A stretch of DNA of 64,000 nucleotides from Octopus sinensis (GCF_006345805.1 NC_043002.1:72292001-72356000), one strand, 5' to 3'; positions 27,300 through 41,173 are shown, counted from the first letter of the stretch. Numbers and translations are program-made. The notes: generated by a model not told the origin, from the letters alone.

Positions 27300-27890
27300 C
27301 TGCTCAAATATAATTAAATACGTAGGTGTATAACAGTGTATTATTTATACATACATACATGCATATATACATACATAATACACACACACACACACGTATA
27401 TAAATAAATATATATTCGTGTATATTCATGTGTATGTATGTATGTATATGTATATATATAAGTATATATGTGTGTATATACATACATACACATATACATA
27501 CATGCATACATACGTACATACACACTAATATATATATATATTTGTGTATATATGTTTGTGTATATGTATGTATATGTATATATGTATGTATGTATATATG
27601 TTTGTGTTTGTGTGTATATATATATATATACATACATACATACATTCATGAATAATTACATGCATACGTACATGCATACATATATACATACATGCAAACA
27701 TGCATACATACATTCATACATACATACATACATACGTACATACGTACATACATACGTACATACATACATACATACATACATACATACATACATGCATGCA
27801 TGCATACATGCATACATACATACATACATACATACATACATACATACATACATACATACATACATACATACATACATACATACATACATT
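27300..27890. repeat. (TACA)n/(TATG)n compound microsatellite
   Basis: Directly visible. Confidence 0.95.
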
Positions 27891-28226
27891 GGTTATATAA
27901 ATGTAGTCAGCCACTTGTCTAAATGATGTTTGTCGCCTCCGATCTAGAAAACAGTCAATTATACATTCACTGGTATTGCGAAAAGCCGCCGGGCTGAATA
28001 AATAATCGGTGTATGCAATTGAAGCAAATACCCGGTCAGGCCAAAATCTAGTATTCTCACTAGCTGTTGCTGAGACGATTTTTCAACTCCTTCCGATATA
28101 GATTGTGTTTTTAAATACAGCATATTCGTAAGAGATTTTATCTCGAACGAAAACCACAGTAACTTACCTCTAACGGTGCATGTATATAAAGTATTTAATG
28201 TTGATGGTTATGATATATGTGTGTGC

Positions 28227-28319
<93 letters not shown>

Positions 28320-28334
28320 ACTATCTATCTTATT

Positions 28335-28725
28335 TCTATTACTGTCTACAAGGGGCTACAGACAGGGGACAAACAAGGACAGACAAACGGATTATGTCGA
28401 TTATATCAACCCCAGTGCGTAACTGGTACTTATTTAATCGACCCCGAAAGGATGAAAGTCAAAGTCGACATCGGCGGAATTTGAATTCAGAACGTAACGA
28501 CAGACGAAATACTTATTTCTTTACTACCCACAAGGGGCTAAGCACAGAGAGAACAAACAAGGACAGTCAAACGGATTAAGTCGATTATATCGACCCCAGT
28601 GCGTAACTGGTACTTATTTAATCCACCCCGAAAGGATGAAAGGCAAAGTCGACCTCGGCGGAATTTGAACTCAGAATGTAGCGGCAGACGAAATACCGCT
28701 AAGCATTTCGCTCGGCGTGCTAACG
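28335..28725 (-). mobile_element. S1 SINE dimer
   Basis: Two tandem bodies plus head (GCTAAGCATTTCGCTCGGCGTGCTAACG). Confidence 0.85.
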
Positions 28726-28727
28726 TT

Positions 28728-28767
<40 letters not shown>

Positions 28768-28786
28768 CTATCTATCTATCTATATA

Positions 28787-28836
<50 letters not shown>

Positions 28837-29904
28837 TCACATACACATACACATACACACACTCTCACACATACATATATTCGATGAGCTTCCAGACAAT
28901 TTCCATGAAACAAATTCACTCGCAAGGCATTGGTCGACCCTGGAGTGCAGTAGAAGACACTTGTTCATGGAGCCGCGTCATGGGACTGAACCAGAAACCA
29001 TGTGGTTGCAAAACGAGCTTGTTAACCACACAGCTATGCCTGAGCTTATAATAGATAATCATTTTTCATTCAGATACAAGTCTACTAATTTTGACCGGAA
29101 GAGTTTTAGTCGGTTACATCAACAACAATACTTAACTCGTACTATATTTAATCGACCCCGGAGGAATGAAAGTTAAAGTTGACCTCAGCGAGAATTGAAC
29201 TTGATAGCGGGAAAATATTCTGTTGCAGATGGTGGTGGTGGTAATGTGTTAGAGGTGATAATGATGTGGTGTTGATGATAATAGTGATGATAATACTGAT
29301 GATGGCGGTGGTGGCGGTGGACGCAGTGGTTGTGGTAGCGGCGGGCGGTGATGGTTTGTGAGACTAATGACAATATATAAATTGTAGAATGGCTTGTTTC
29401 CGCTGATAGTTCCAGCTGAGCTTGGTGTTGACTTTGGTGCATGTGGATCGATTTCCAACAGTTGACGGTGTTTTGCAATGTAAAACCTGTTCTCTAAGAT
29501 CTTTTAAATCCTTCTTAAGAACTCAGGCAAATCCTTTGATTGTGACATTGAACTGTATTGACCTAACCTTTCCCATCCAGCCACCACCGCCACCACCAAC
29601 ACCGCCTCCGCCACCACCAACACCGCCTCCGCCACCACCAACACCACCTCCGCCACCACCAACACCGCCTCCGCCACACCGCCGCCGTCGCTACTGCTTC
29701 TTTTTTCCCCCCACAAATTTATCTGCTTACATCATAATAAAACAAAATACATAAAATTTAAAGAAAAATTGCTTTAAAAGAAATAAAATCTTTGTGCTAC
29801 CCCGAGTACCTTCAAAGTAAAATCTAATCTATTTGTTAAAACGCCAAAGTCTATGACAAATCGGTGTTTCATGAAGAACTACAAAGACGCTGGATGAGAA
29901 CTAA

Positions 29905-29964
<60 letters not shown>

Positions 29965-30178
29965 CCTTTCTACTATAGACACAAAGCCTGAAATTCGGGG
30001 GAGGGGGATAGTCGATTTCATCGACCCTATTACTCATCTAGTACTTATTTTATCGACCCCGAAAAGTTGATAGGCAAAGTGAAGATCGACGGAATTTGAA
30101 CTCACCACCACCACCACCACCACCACCACCATAATGATAATAATAATAATGGTTTCAAATTTTGCTACAAGGACAGCC

Positions 30179-31677
30179 ATTTTGGATGACCTCAAACTTT
30201 ATGGTAAAGACGAAGCCCAAGTCAGTTGCTGATATCAGAATGAAGTTCGGACTGAGAAAGTGTGGTGTGTTAGTCATGAAGAGAGGCAAAATCAAATGTA
30301 TGGACGGGCTATCGATACTGTCGGGGATTTTTATAAAGCAGATAGAAGAGACGGGCTATAAGTATTTGGGGATCTTGGAAATAGAGAAATTGATGGAGAA
30401 AGAAATGACAGAAAAATTTAAGGTGAAGTACTTGCGCAGACTGAGACTGATCCTTAAGTTGAAATTAAACGGACGGGATAAGATCGAAACTATCAACACC
30501 TGGAGCAGGGGTAATCGCATGGACAGTAGACGAACTAAACAGCTTAGACAGAAAGACAAGGAAGTTGCTAACTAAATATGGGACACTCCACCCAAAAAGT
30601 GACACAGACAGACTGTATGTACTAAGAAAAAGAGGGTCAAGAGGACTTATTGGATGCGAACACAGCATTAGATTAGAAGAAAAAAACATAGCATGGTATG
30701 TAAAAAAAATGCTACAGAACCGCTATTATTAGACGTAAGAAGGTCAGGCTTATGTACGATAAAAGATTGCAAAGATAAAGCACTGTACAAGCAATTGAAA
30801 ACGAATGAAACTGAAAATTGGTGGGTAAAGAAAAGAATGCACGGACAATTTCATAGGGATGTTGAAGATAAAACAGACAGAGAAAAAAGATGACTGTAGA
30901 TGACTAAAAGTGACTTCAAACCAGAAATGGAGGCTCTAATTGTGCTGCCCCAGAGCAAGCACTAGGAACAAATTATATAAAATACAGAATTGACAACACA
31001 TCAGAAAGTGATAAGTGCAGAATTTGTGAACAAAATGGTGAAACCGTATGGTATATTACCAGTCAATGTACGCCACTAGCCCAGGATGAATATAAGGGAC
31101 ACCGCGACAATATAGCAAGGCTTGTCTATTGGACACTTTACAAGTATGAACTTGACAGAGCAAAAAATTGGTACGACCACAAACCCGAAGGCATCATCAA
31201 AAATGATAATGCAAAGAGCCTGCGAGATTTTATGATTCAGTGCGGCCATGAGATAGAGAATAAGAAGCCAGACATAATCTTAACTGAGAAAGAAAGCAAA
31301 CTGTGCTGGATCATAGATATAGCATTCCCAGCTGACAACAAGGTATGCGATAAGGAAGAAAGAAAAGTCGATAGATATGACAGATTAGCTTGGGAGGTTA
31401 AGCAGTTGTGGTCGATGAAAAAGGTGGTAGTGGTACCAACAATTGTCGGAGCCCTGGGAACAGTGAGTAAAAATCTTGATAAGTACATAGAACAAATAGG
31501 GCTGCAATGAGAGTGGAACACTTACAGAAAACAACACTACTTGGAACCGCTCGAATACACTGGAAGATGCTCGAAAAATATGAGGTGTTACCTTAGTTCA
31601 TTGGTAGTGAACAGCTGACACCATAGTATATCTCCAGCGTTAGAAGCTGTGCAAAGGCTATAAATAATAATAATAAT
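30179..31677 (+). pseudogene. 5'-truncated R4/Dong-type (RLE) non-LTR retrotransposon
   Basis: LDDLKLYGKDE, DIRMKFGLRKC, YKYLGILE, CRIC zinc knuckle, KPDIIL...IIDIA endonuclease, VVVVPTIVGALG; several stops and frameshifts; (TAA)n tail. Confidence 0.9.
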
Positions 31678-31901
31678 GGTTGTTTCCAACTTTTAGTACA
31701 AGGCCAGCAATTTTCGGGTGAGGTGGGTAATTCGATTGCACTGATCCCAGTGTTCAACTGATACTAATTTTATCGACACCCTGACAGGATGAAAGGCAAA
31801 CCCAAGCTCTACAGAATTTGAACCCAGAACGTGAAGACAGATGAATTGCCGCTAAGTATTTTTGCCCGGCGTGCTCGTGATTCTACTAGCTCGGCGCCTT
31901 T

Positions 31902-31942
<41 letters not shown>

Positions 31943-31954
31943 AATAATAATAAG

Positions 31955-32974
31955 AAGAAGAATAACTATTTTCAGTATTTAAGGAAGCTGACAAATACAA
32001 ACAAAAAATCATACTACCTAATAAATATGAAGAGGAAGAAGAAACAACAAAAGCTATAAAACAAATGAAATCCAAACTAAAACTAGAACAGCAACGATCC
32101 ATGATAAAACGATGGCAAGAAAAGCCCCTTCATGGTAAATGCTGGGCTAAACTAAATGCAAAAGAAATAGACAGAGAAAAATCCCAGCAACGGTTTAGAA
32201 GCTCAGGACTCAGAAGCAGAGACTGAAAGATTTTTAATTGCAGCACAAGACCAAAGCCTCCCCACTAGAAATTACCAAAAACATATAATGAAAAGAAACA
32301 TAACAAGTAACTGCAGAATATGTGGAGATGGACAAGAAACAATAAATCATATTATCTCTGGCTGCCCAGTCCTGGCTAAGAAGGAATATATTCACAGACA
32401 CGACAGAGTTGGGACCTACATACACTGGAAGCTATGCCAACACTATGGAATAACAATAGAAAAAAAGATGGTATAGGCACACGCCAGAAAATGTCACAGA
32501 AAACGAGAAAGCAACTATTCTCTGGGATATGCCAATACACACAGATAGAGAAATTAAGGCCAAATGCCGGATATAGTTGTCAGAGATCATGAAGAAAAAA
32601 ATGCTTTCTAATTGATGTATCAATACCAGCAGATGACAACGTTTCTCTAAAAGAAATGGAGAAACTTTCAAAATTCAAAGACCTGGAAATAGAGGTAACC
32701 AGAATGTGGAATCTAAAAACAGAAACAATTCCTATCATAGTAGGCACATTAGGTATGATAAAAAAATATTCAGACAAATACATAACAAACACACCAGGAC
32801 TTAAAAATAAATATAACATACAGAAAATTGTACTACTGGGCGCTGCACACATCCTACGCAAAACACTTTCAATACAGTAACCACAAGAGCATCACAGCAA
32901 ACCACAGCACATACCCAAGGCACACAGAGCTGCACTCGGTAGTGAAGTGAAAGCACGCTATAAAAATAAAACAA

Positions 32975-33030
<56 letters not shown>
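31955..33030 (+). pseudogene. Second R4/Dong-type RLE retrotransposon 3' fragment (distinct family)
   Basis: WQEKPLHG, AAQDQSL, CRICGDGQETINHIISGC, HRHDRV, PDIVV...LIDVSIP, IPIIVGTLG, LLGAAHILRK; ends in (AAT)n. Confidence 0.92.
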
Positions 33031-33033
<3 letters not shown>

Positions 33034-33347
33034 CAACAACAACAACGTTAAACGCCTGCTTATAGATTAATTTCAAGGCTGTGAGAACCTGATGACTTCA
33101 ACATATAACAATTGTTCAGTTGCTGTTTGTTAAGTAGTAGTCGCTTGCTTTTGTAGTTTGTTGTGTTAGCCCCCACCCCTTTTTTGTTCCTGTCTGGAAC
33201 CCCTACAGTGCCCGTAATAATAAGCAGTAATCTATGAAGCAATAGTAATAATGTAGGAGATTGAAGAATGTAGGGATGGAGATGAAGAGGGGAATGGTGA
33301 AAATATAGCAAAGAATTTTTTGGGTTTTGTTTTTTTTGTTTTCTTAC

Positions 33348-33380
33348 CTTGTGTATGTGTGTGTTTGAGAAACAGCTGCG
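33348..33380 (-). other. Candidate 33-nt micro-exon
   Basis: Branch-like ACTAAT (~33405-33410), pyrimidine tract CTTTCTGTTTTCATTTCATCAG, donor AAG|GTAAGA. Confidence 0.4.
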
Positions 33381-34126
33381 CTGATGAAATGAAAACAGAA
33401 AGTCATTAGTGATGCGATGTCTTAATAAAATCATTTATTTGATTGCAAAAGAACCATGTGAAGAAACCATCACTTCTCTGTATAATAATTTCATAAATAA
33501 ACCGACAAGAGACTCTATACGTGGTCGATATACATGCTAGGTATTGTAACTAAATTACCCTTAAACCACAACCTGCTGTTTCGAATGACTAAAAAGAGAA
33601 GAAAGGGAACAATGAGAGCTAAAGCTTACATTGAATTATGTAGTACATTTTTCCTCGTTTATCACGGAATCACTTGTCACTGATCCGGAATAACATGGTA
33701 TGCTCAATTGTGAACCAAGTTACTCTTATTACGAATTGATATGTGATAACACTAGTCGGTGATCAGTCAAAGATTGAGCTTGGACGCAAAAAGCGCACCT
33801 CAGCGACTATCCGCAACTCCCTGTTGAACATGGTGTCTCGGAAGGAAACATACGTTCTTTTATTCATTCTTTTATTCATTTGTTACTAATTCACTTCACG
33901 TGTTTTTTTTTAACCAAACATTCATCATAAACGAAGATAGATAAATTAGAAAAATGATGTCAGAAAATTAAAAAAAAAAAAGAAAAAATGAGAGTGAACT
34001 TTTAGTGAGTTCATTGTGCTTGTATTCCTTATAATTTTGAGTTCTACGTAATTTTGCTTTCTATTAACAATGTGGTAAGCAAAGCCGCGCTCATTTAAAA
34101 TTATCTTAGTCTTACACACACACACA

Positions 34127-34157
<31 letters not shown>

Positions 34158-34160
34158 CAC

Positions 34161-34225
<65 letters not shown>

Positions 34226-34701
34226 GTGGAAAGAAACTCTCAAGGGGATTTCCTCTATGAGAACCCCTCTTCAGGCAAGTGTTTCGGCCCTTAACTTTTT
34301 TACGCTCTAAGGAGGCCGGGCCGCATCTGGGTCCTGACCCTTGTGTCACATTTTACCCACTTGGATATCGGCGACTCGTGCATTTAAGCCGCTTGGAGAT
34401 TTCTTCTAGTTGCAACTCCTCTTTTGCTTTTAATTGTTTTAAATCTTCCTCGGGGGAAGAAGGTGGTTTCTGACAAAGAGGCAAAGCTCTATTATTGGAA
34501 CATAGATAACAAAATCTAGTTCACATTTTGAGCTTGCATATTTTTACTATTCCACTGACAGAGTGCATTTGTAATGTGCGTGTTAAGATGACTGATTTTC
34601 TTTTTCTGAAAACCCTAGCCTTGCCACATTGTCACTTAAGCGTTTACTAACAAATCCAAGCGCGCCAGTTATCATTCGTATGAATGTGAATTTTTAACCT
34701 G

Positions 34702-34795
<94 letters not shown>

Positions 34796-35169
34796 CGTGT
34801 GTGTAAAATTAGAACTCGGGCAAAATGCTTGGAGGCTATTGATCAAAATATAATGTAGATACAAATACAGTAGTTGAGGTTAACAGGCTAATCAATATCC
34901 AATCAATCCAGCGAAGGGTGCCAGACGAAAACGTCAGCAGCCGAACTTACTGACACCCAACAAAATGTCCTGGATTTATTTTGGTTGTGGCTGTGTCTTC
35001 TGCTTCTTTTCTCTGACGAATGACGAAAACATTTTGATGACGTAATCGGAGCGTGGTGTTGGTGAGGAAGGGGAGGGGTACATCGATTAACATGAATGTT
35101 TGATATGACAAATGTACTTTACTCTGAGTGAAAAAAAAAAGGCATTGATATCGAGATAATGGGCGAACT

Positions 35170-35430
35170 ACAACGTGGTCGATCATCCTTTAGAAATAGT
35201 TGGCAAGTCTCCCTCAATTCACACCCTACCGTTTTAATGTGGTCACTCGTCTTTTAGAAATAGCAGACAAGTCATCCTCAATTCCAACCCTGTCGTTTTA
35301 ATGTTGTCATTCGTCCTCTTGAAATAGCTGACAAGTCTCCCTCAATTCTCACGCTACTGTTTTTTAATGCGTTCACTCGTCGTCTAGACATAGTAGACGA
35401 GTTTCCCTGATTTCCCGGCCGTTTTAACCA
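35170..35430 (+). repeat. ~64-bp minisatellite x4 derived from a dispersed repeat segment
   Basis: TAGAAATAG..CAAGTCTCCCTCAATTC..CGTTTTAATG restarts at 35191, 35255, 35319, 35385; a monomer occurs at 40160-40230. Confidence 0.75.
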
Positions 35431-35774
35431 ATGTAGCAACAGATGTTATAATATGCTTGAGAAAAAAAAACCCAGATGATTGCAGATGGAATTCATTTGA
35501 CCAAAGTCCTGCTTGATTAAGACTGACCCAGGGCTAAACATTAACAGTTATAGACATTGACTAAAATCATCGTTACTCTCAGCAGAATAGGTTGAGCTTC
35601 GAACAGATTCTTTGAGGTATTTGTTCCGGTTCTTAACGCTCTGAGTTCAAATCTCACCAAGGTCAACTTCGCCTCTCATCCTTTTGGGAGGCTGGGGCGA
35701 TAAAATAAAATAGCAATCACGTACTGAGGCCAATGTAATCAATTGAGCCCCACCCCTCAAAAAAGCCAGCTATG

Positions 35775-36083
35775 AACCCCTTTCGTTCCTATTTTACTCT
35801 ACTGCACACCCCGTCCCCATTGCCACTCCATGTTTAAAAAAGATCGTATTATATTTTTATAATTAAACATTATTAGGAATTGTATTCAAAATCTGTTGAA
35901 ATATTTTGTGTATTGTAGAAAGATATCGAATTTACTGCACAAATTTTAGCAACAAAATATTATATGGACCTCACCTCATCAAGGGTCACATGCACCCCCA
36001 CGAAGGGCCATATATACCCACCACCATGGGCCATATGCACACCCCTCACCAAAGGCCATATGCCCCCCGGTTGAGAACCACTG
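35775..36083. mobile_element. hAT MITE remnant (one TIR retained)
   Basis: GGTTGAGAACCACTG terminus (36069-36083, Charlie/SPIN-like TIR) preceded by GGCCATAT subterminal repeats. Confidence 0.55.
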
Positions 36084-36159
36084 AGCTAGAAATAGCCAGA
36101 AAGGGAGATTTGGTTGTTATTTGTACTAGATTGGGCTACCACATAGAGTATATATATAC

Positions 36160-36205
<46 letters not shown>

Positions 36206-38439
36206 CACTCGCACCCCACCACACACATATGTACACACATACATATATACATATATTCATATACACACATGTATATGCATATACATATGTATGTATGCAT
36301 GTATGTATGCATGTATGTATGCACGAATGTATGTATGTATGTATGTATGTATGTATGTATGTATGTATATATGTATGTATATGTGTAGACATTCACACGC
36401 ATGCACACGCACACACGTTCTATCTTGCTTACAAAACATGCATATACAACGGTTCTCTCGCTCCTTTTTGCAGTCTTTCATACACATCTCTCCTCTTTCT
36501 CCTTCTCTCTATCACACACTCATACACACACCAGATAGACACAGACCACCTGACATATAGAGATGGTGGTGGCGGGAGGAAGGAAACACCCCATTTATTG
36601 CAGACAGCCTTAATGTTATAAACCTGGGGGTGGTTTACATGATTAAACGGTAGCCGTGTCTCATTAATTTGTAATGAGACAAAACTAGCCTGACCCACCC
36701 TTTAATAAATATAAACAAATACTTATCAATGATGAAAAAAAAAACTATTTAACAAAGCTACTGTTTTCCATTTGTCATTAAGGTTCTCTAGATTTAAACT
36801 ATAAATAGCACTGAATCATTGAGTTTATAGAGGACTATATAAACAAATAGAAAAGCGCCATATTAGCCTAGTTAAGTAGCTCAATGATTACAGCAGACGA
36901 TAATATAAATTGTTACTATGAGGGTGAAAAGTTTTTGTTATTAGATTATTTATAGTAGAAGAGTAGCATCCATAATCATTTCCAAGTTCTCTGTGATTGG
37001 TGAGAGGAAAGGAGAAATAATTCTTAGGCCATGGATCTGGCTCAGATGCGTTTAACAGAGTGAACTCTGGGCAAAGTCAGCTAAGTACGGGTCATGTGGT
37101 GGTGATAAACTCAAGTGTGGATATGTCGCTGACTTAGAAAGAAAACAGTACCTCCAGCAGACTTGTACTCATTTCATGCCAACCAAATGACTTCAGTGGA
37201 GCCAAGATTACACTGAAATAAATTTATGGAAATCGCTGTGCAGTGGGATCTATCTTGAAATCACGTAGTCAAGATCGACCATGCATGATCCCATAACACA
37301 AATTGATCATAGAACTAAATACCCACCTTTCTTTGGGTTTACGTTCTGAATTCAAATCCTGCTGACACACGAGGTCAGAATTAGATGGGGGAACAAGTGA
37401 ACCAATTAACATGGTCCTTCGAAATGTAAGTAGAAAGAAGTTTTATATATATAAATCTCCTTTAATAAATAGATTTAGTCATTTTATTTTGTTCTGATAC
37501 TTTTATTTGTAAGTATTTCATGTATACTATACTTACAGGTACACATATACAACACTTATCCGTACATATATTGCTAAAATATTTAATAAACTTAATTGGT
37601 TACTAAAATATTTAATAAATGAGATCTACATTTCGCATCTATCTTGGGCTTTTTGCCTTTTGAAATTAGGCCCACATTTCACATCTGGCCTTGGCCATTT
37701 ACCAACTGGAGGAAACATTTCCTGGCTGTCAATTGAATTGGGGCCTTCATGTCGCATCTGGTTTGATCCTTAAAACCAGTTTAGCTCTTTGTATGCCCAT
37801 GACCTTCGAAGACTCTACGAAAACAATGATAATTATACTGTAAACGTTCAGCTTGAACAATTACAATTTGAAGTCTGTAGAGAAAAAAATGTAAGCGGAA
37901 ACAGAATTCCAATATACTTTGTTTTTAATGATTTAATCAGAAAGGAAAGAGCGACACCCGTTACCATTATTCAAGGCCTATCTCTGGACTGGTGGAGGGA
38001 AGGAAGATACCCTCACACCAGACACCTGGCTCCAGTGCTTGCAATTGAGTGAAATCTGCTAAAAGTAACCAAAGGTTTAATGGTGATGGTGGTGGTGGTA
38101 GACCGAGTGACAGATGAAATTTATCATCCAGATCGTTCCGGAGAGGAAATATTAGGTGTAGTGAATTAGCGAATCATCAACCCCGAAATATTAATGGTTC
38201 CTCGAAAGAGCTTCTACATAGTTTCAGTCTGCCAAATTTCACTCACAAAGCTTTGGTCAACAAGAGGTTATGGTCAAAAGACATTTGCGGAAGGTGTAAG
38301 GCAATCCTGCCTTGTAAAATCGTTTTCTGCCGTGACGTCGGATTAATAAAATCGTGGTTAAAGTGAATCGCGGGAGGCGAAGACATAGAATAGATGACTG
38401 AAGGATGAAAGAAGCGTGTATGTATCAGGTGGGGAGAGG

Positions 38440-38771
38440 TGTTATATATTTCGCTTACTCTGAGGAGCAAAGCACGATGGTAGAAGCAGCGAAAGAAATA
38501 AGTGAGGTGATAGCATGTCTGTTGGCTAGAGTCTGGAATGTATTGGTGAATGAGTGAGTCATTGCCAATCATTCAAAGAGGTTTAGTTTGGATACGGCCT
38601 CGGTTGTTCGTGTATACTGCAGCATCATAGTTCTAGACATGAGAGTACTATTCTGTTGTGTTGTGTGGACACCCCCAGACGATGAAGTAGGCTAGCCCAA
38701 TACGTAGATATAGAGGGAGAAGTCTAGACGTCGGGAGTTGAGTAGAGGTCATCGGAACGTGCGATATAACA
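38440..38771 (+). mobile_element. LTR (332 bp) of a Gypsy/BEL-type element, with upstream PPT and downstream PBS
   Basis: TGTTATAT...ATATAACA termini; purine tract AGGTGGGGAGAGG at 38427-38439; TGGCGACGAGG directly downstream, complementary to the tRNA-Ser(GCU) 3' end. Confidence 0.6.
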
Positions 38772-38883
38772 GTGGCGACGAGGGAGAGATAGCACACACA
38801 GTCACTGTGTAGTATTGCGATATAACAGTGGCGACGAGGATTTCGTAGCTCACACAGCCACTGTGTAGTATTGCGATATAACA
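38772..38883 (+). repeat. Two 56-bp tandem units, each PBS + hairpin + LTR end
   Basis: GCGATATAACA ends at 38771, 38827, 38883; ACACAG-N3-CTGTGT hairpin in each unit. Confidence 0.85.
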
Positions 38884-39559
38884 TATTGCAGGTTCCTTTG
38901 AGTTTTACAGAGAGCCCGTAACCGTTCTAGTCGCAGCTGAAGTATTTTCTGGTTTTGAAGCGGACAGAGTTTTGTAATGCTATAAATCTAATTGCATGGT
39001 CAAGCGCCTGTATCAATTTTCAAAGCTTTAACTGCGTGTTGTCCACGTCTAGAAAGAGTAAAAAAATGGGGTCCCCAAGAGAAAGTTTACAAGACGGAAC
39101 TTTCAGGCTCCTATAGTGCCTGAAAATGTGCTTTTTTTCTGTGTTAGGGAGGGTCCTGTCAGATATTTACGACTCTCTAGGATCCTTTGTATCGGTTTTA
39201 ATCCTACGCTTATAAACCCTGGGTAGGGGTCAAAGTGTGTTTTCGTGATATGCGCAATACGTACAGAAAATATGCATTTTTATACTGTAATAGAAGATAA
39301 GGCTATCACCTCCGTCCCCCGTTCATTCCCTCGAAGCCGCTAATTAATTTACTGATCGATTCTCTCCACCCACTTCAAAATTTAACTTTATTCTTCAATC
39401 TAACGATATCGATTTGATAATTTAAATGTCGACTTCTCATATTTCTTGGGCGGGGAGCACGGTCAACTACGGTGAACCCAGTACTGGATTGGTATTTATT
39501 TTATTAGCTGTTGAAGGGAGGAGGAGCAAAATAGAGGCCACAGGGAATGGAACTCACAA

Positions 39560-39625
39560 AGAAGTAGTGGTTAAGAGCGCGGGCTACTAACCTCAAGATT
39601 CCGAGTTCGATTCCAGGCAGTGACT

Positions 39626-39710
<85 letters not shown>

Positions 39711-39905
39711 CAACAACAACAACGAAAAATATCTTAGGAATGAGAACCTAGGTTCGAAATTTCCCCAAGACACCTGATGAAGGCTGGAGGGTATATCAGA
39801 CGAAACATTGTATTAACAACAAACAAGATGAGGACAAATATCCGTCAAATGTAAATAATGTAAATAATGTACATAATTCCTCATCTCTTAAATATAGAAC
39901 TGTAA
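39560..39905 (+). mobile_element. Composite tRNA-head / (AAT)n / hammerhead family-A element
   Basis: A box TAGTGGTTAAG 39565-39575, B box GAGTTCGATTCC 39603-39614, then AAT/AAC repeats, then CTGATGA...GAAA motif at 39769-39814. Confidence 0.6.
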
Positions 39906-40944
39906 ATATAAGACATATTGTCCAAAATTCTACAGTTTCTCTCAGTTCGTATTCTCTGTAGCCATAGTAACGATGACGTCACTGCTGCTATTGCCTTTGA
40001 ATCCCGAAGTATTCGTCTGATGAGACACCAAGAGAAATGACTCGCTATAATAGGGAAAGGGGGAGCAAACAATAAATAAGTAAGGTCACATGTTTGTGAA
40101 GATTAAAACGTAAAGCAGTGCCTCCTACTGGTCTTTTAATAAACCAATAAGGGAGAATCTACGCGGTCGCTTGACCTGCTAGAAATAGCGATTAAATTTC
40201 TCTCAAATCATACTCACCATCTTAACGTAGAATGGACAAATTAGATTGTGTATGTGTGTATCTATATGTCTATAAAGATGTATATGTGTATGTATATGTA
40301 TGTATATGTATATGAATATATATATATTTATATATATATTATATATGAATGTAAATGTGTATACATATGTATATGTGTGTGTATATATATATGTAACGAC
40401 ATCCCTATGTGTGTGTGTGTTGTTTGTATGTATGTATCCTAGACAATCGCACAAAAAAAAAAGGCAGTATTGAAATGGGTGGAATGCCTTTGATCAAAGT
40501 TTTGCTCAATAAATTGCTCTCATCCGGGGCTAAACACTAAACAACGGTGACTACGACGACGACGACGACATCAAGAACATCCTCAACACAACAACAACAA
40601 CAACTACAACAAAATCTTTTAAGCTTGGCGTGGGATAAACGAATCCGCTGCAAAGTTAGCATCGGATTAATGATATACAGTTATGGGGTGGGACTTTATC
40701 GCTCATCGATAGAAGGGCTACAAACACATATTATGAATGAGCTATAAATGGGGGTGGGGAGGGAAAATAAGGCAAAATAAAAGGAGAGCAACTTGTACAC
40801 AATTTACTTGTCAAAATGCGAATGTATTTTGATAAATAAAGTGATGTTTCTATTCAATGAAAGAGATTGTGTTTGTTTTCCTTTTGTTTAGTTTTTGTAT
40901 TTGCCGCTTTAATTTTTTAATATCCGCACCTCAAAAACAAAATA

Positions 40945-41005
<61 letters not shown>

Positions 41006-41100
41006 TAATGATAATAATAATAATAATGATAATAATAATAATAATCAGAATGATGAGGATGATGATAATAATAATAATAATCAGAATGATGAGGATGATG

Positions 41101-41173
<73 letters not shown>

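Noticed and set aside
29575-29690. Extensin-like poly-proline ORF (PPPTPPP)n
   Set aside because: It is a 21-bp CCA/CCG minisatellite with no credible start or splice context.
33381-33404. CTGATGA...GAAA as a hammerhead
   Set aside because: No stem II can form; it is better explained as the reverse of a splice acceptor.
34230-34360. Minus-strand GGCCC...GGGCC-GAAAC and CTGAAGA-GGGG...CCCC hammerhead-like pieces
   Set aside because: Each half lacks the other core element (CAGATGC, TTGAGA); at most a decayed relic.
37774-38052. Open frame LYAHDLRRLYENNDNY...LAIE
   Set aside because: It looks protein-like but has no ATG, no convincing splice sites and no family I recognise.
38761-38883. CRISPR-like repeat-spacer array
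   Set aside because: Eukaryotic context, the spacers are near-duplicates of each other, and there are no cas genes.
40017-40040. CTGATGA-GACACCAAGA-GAAA as a hammerhead
   Set aside because: The intervening bases cannot pair, and there is no stem I or III.
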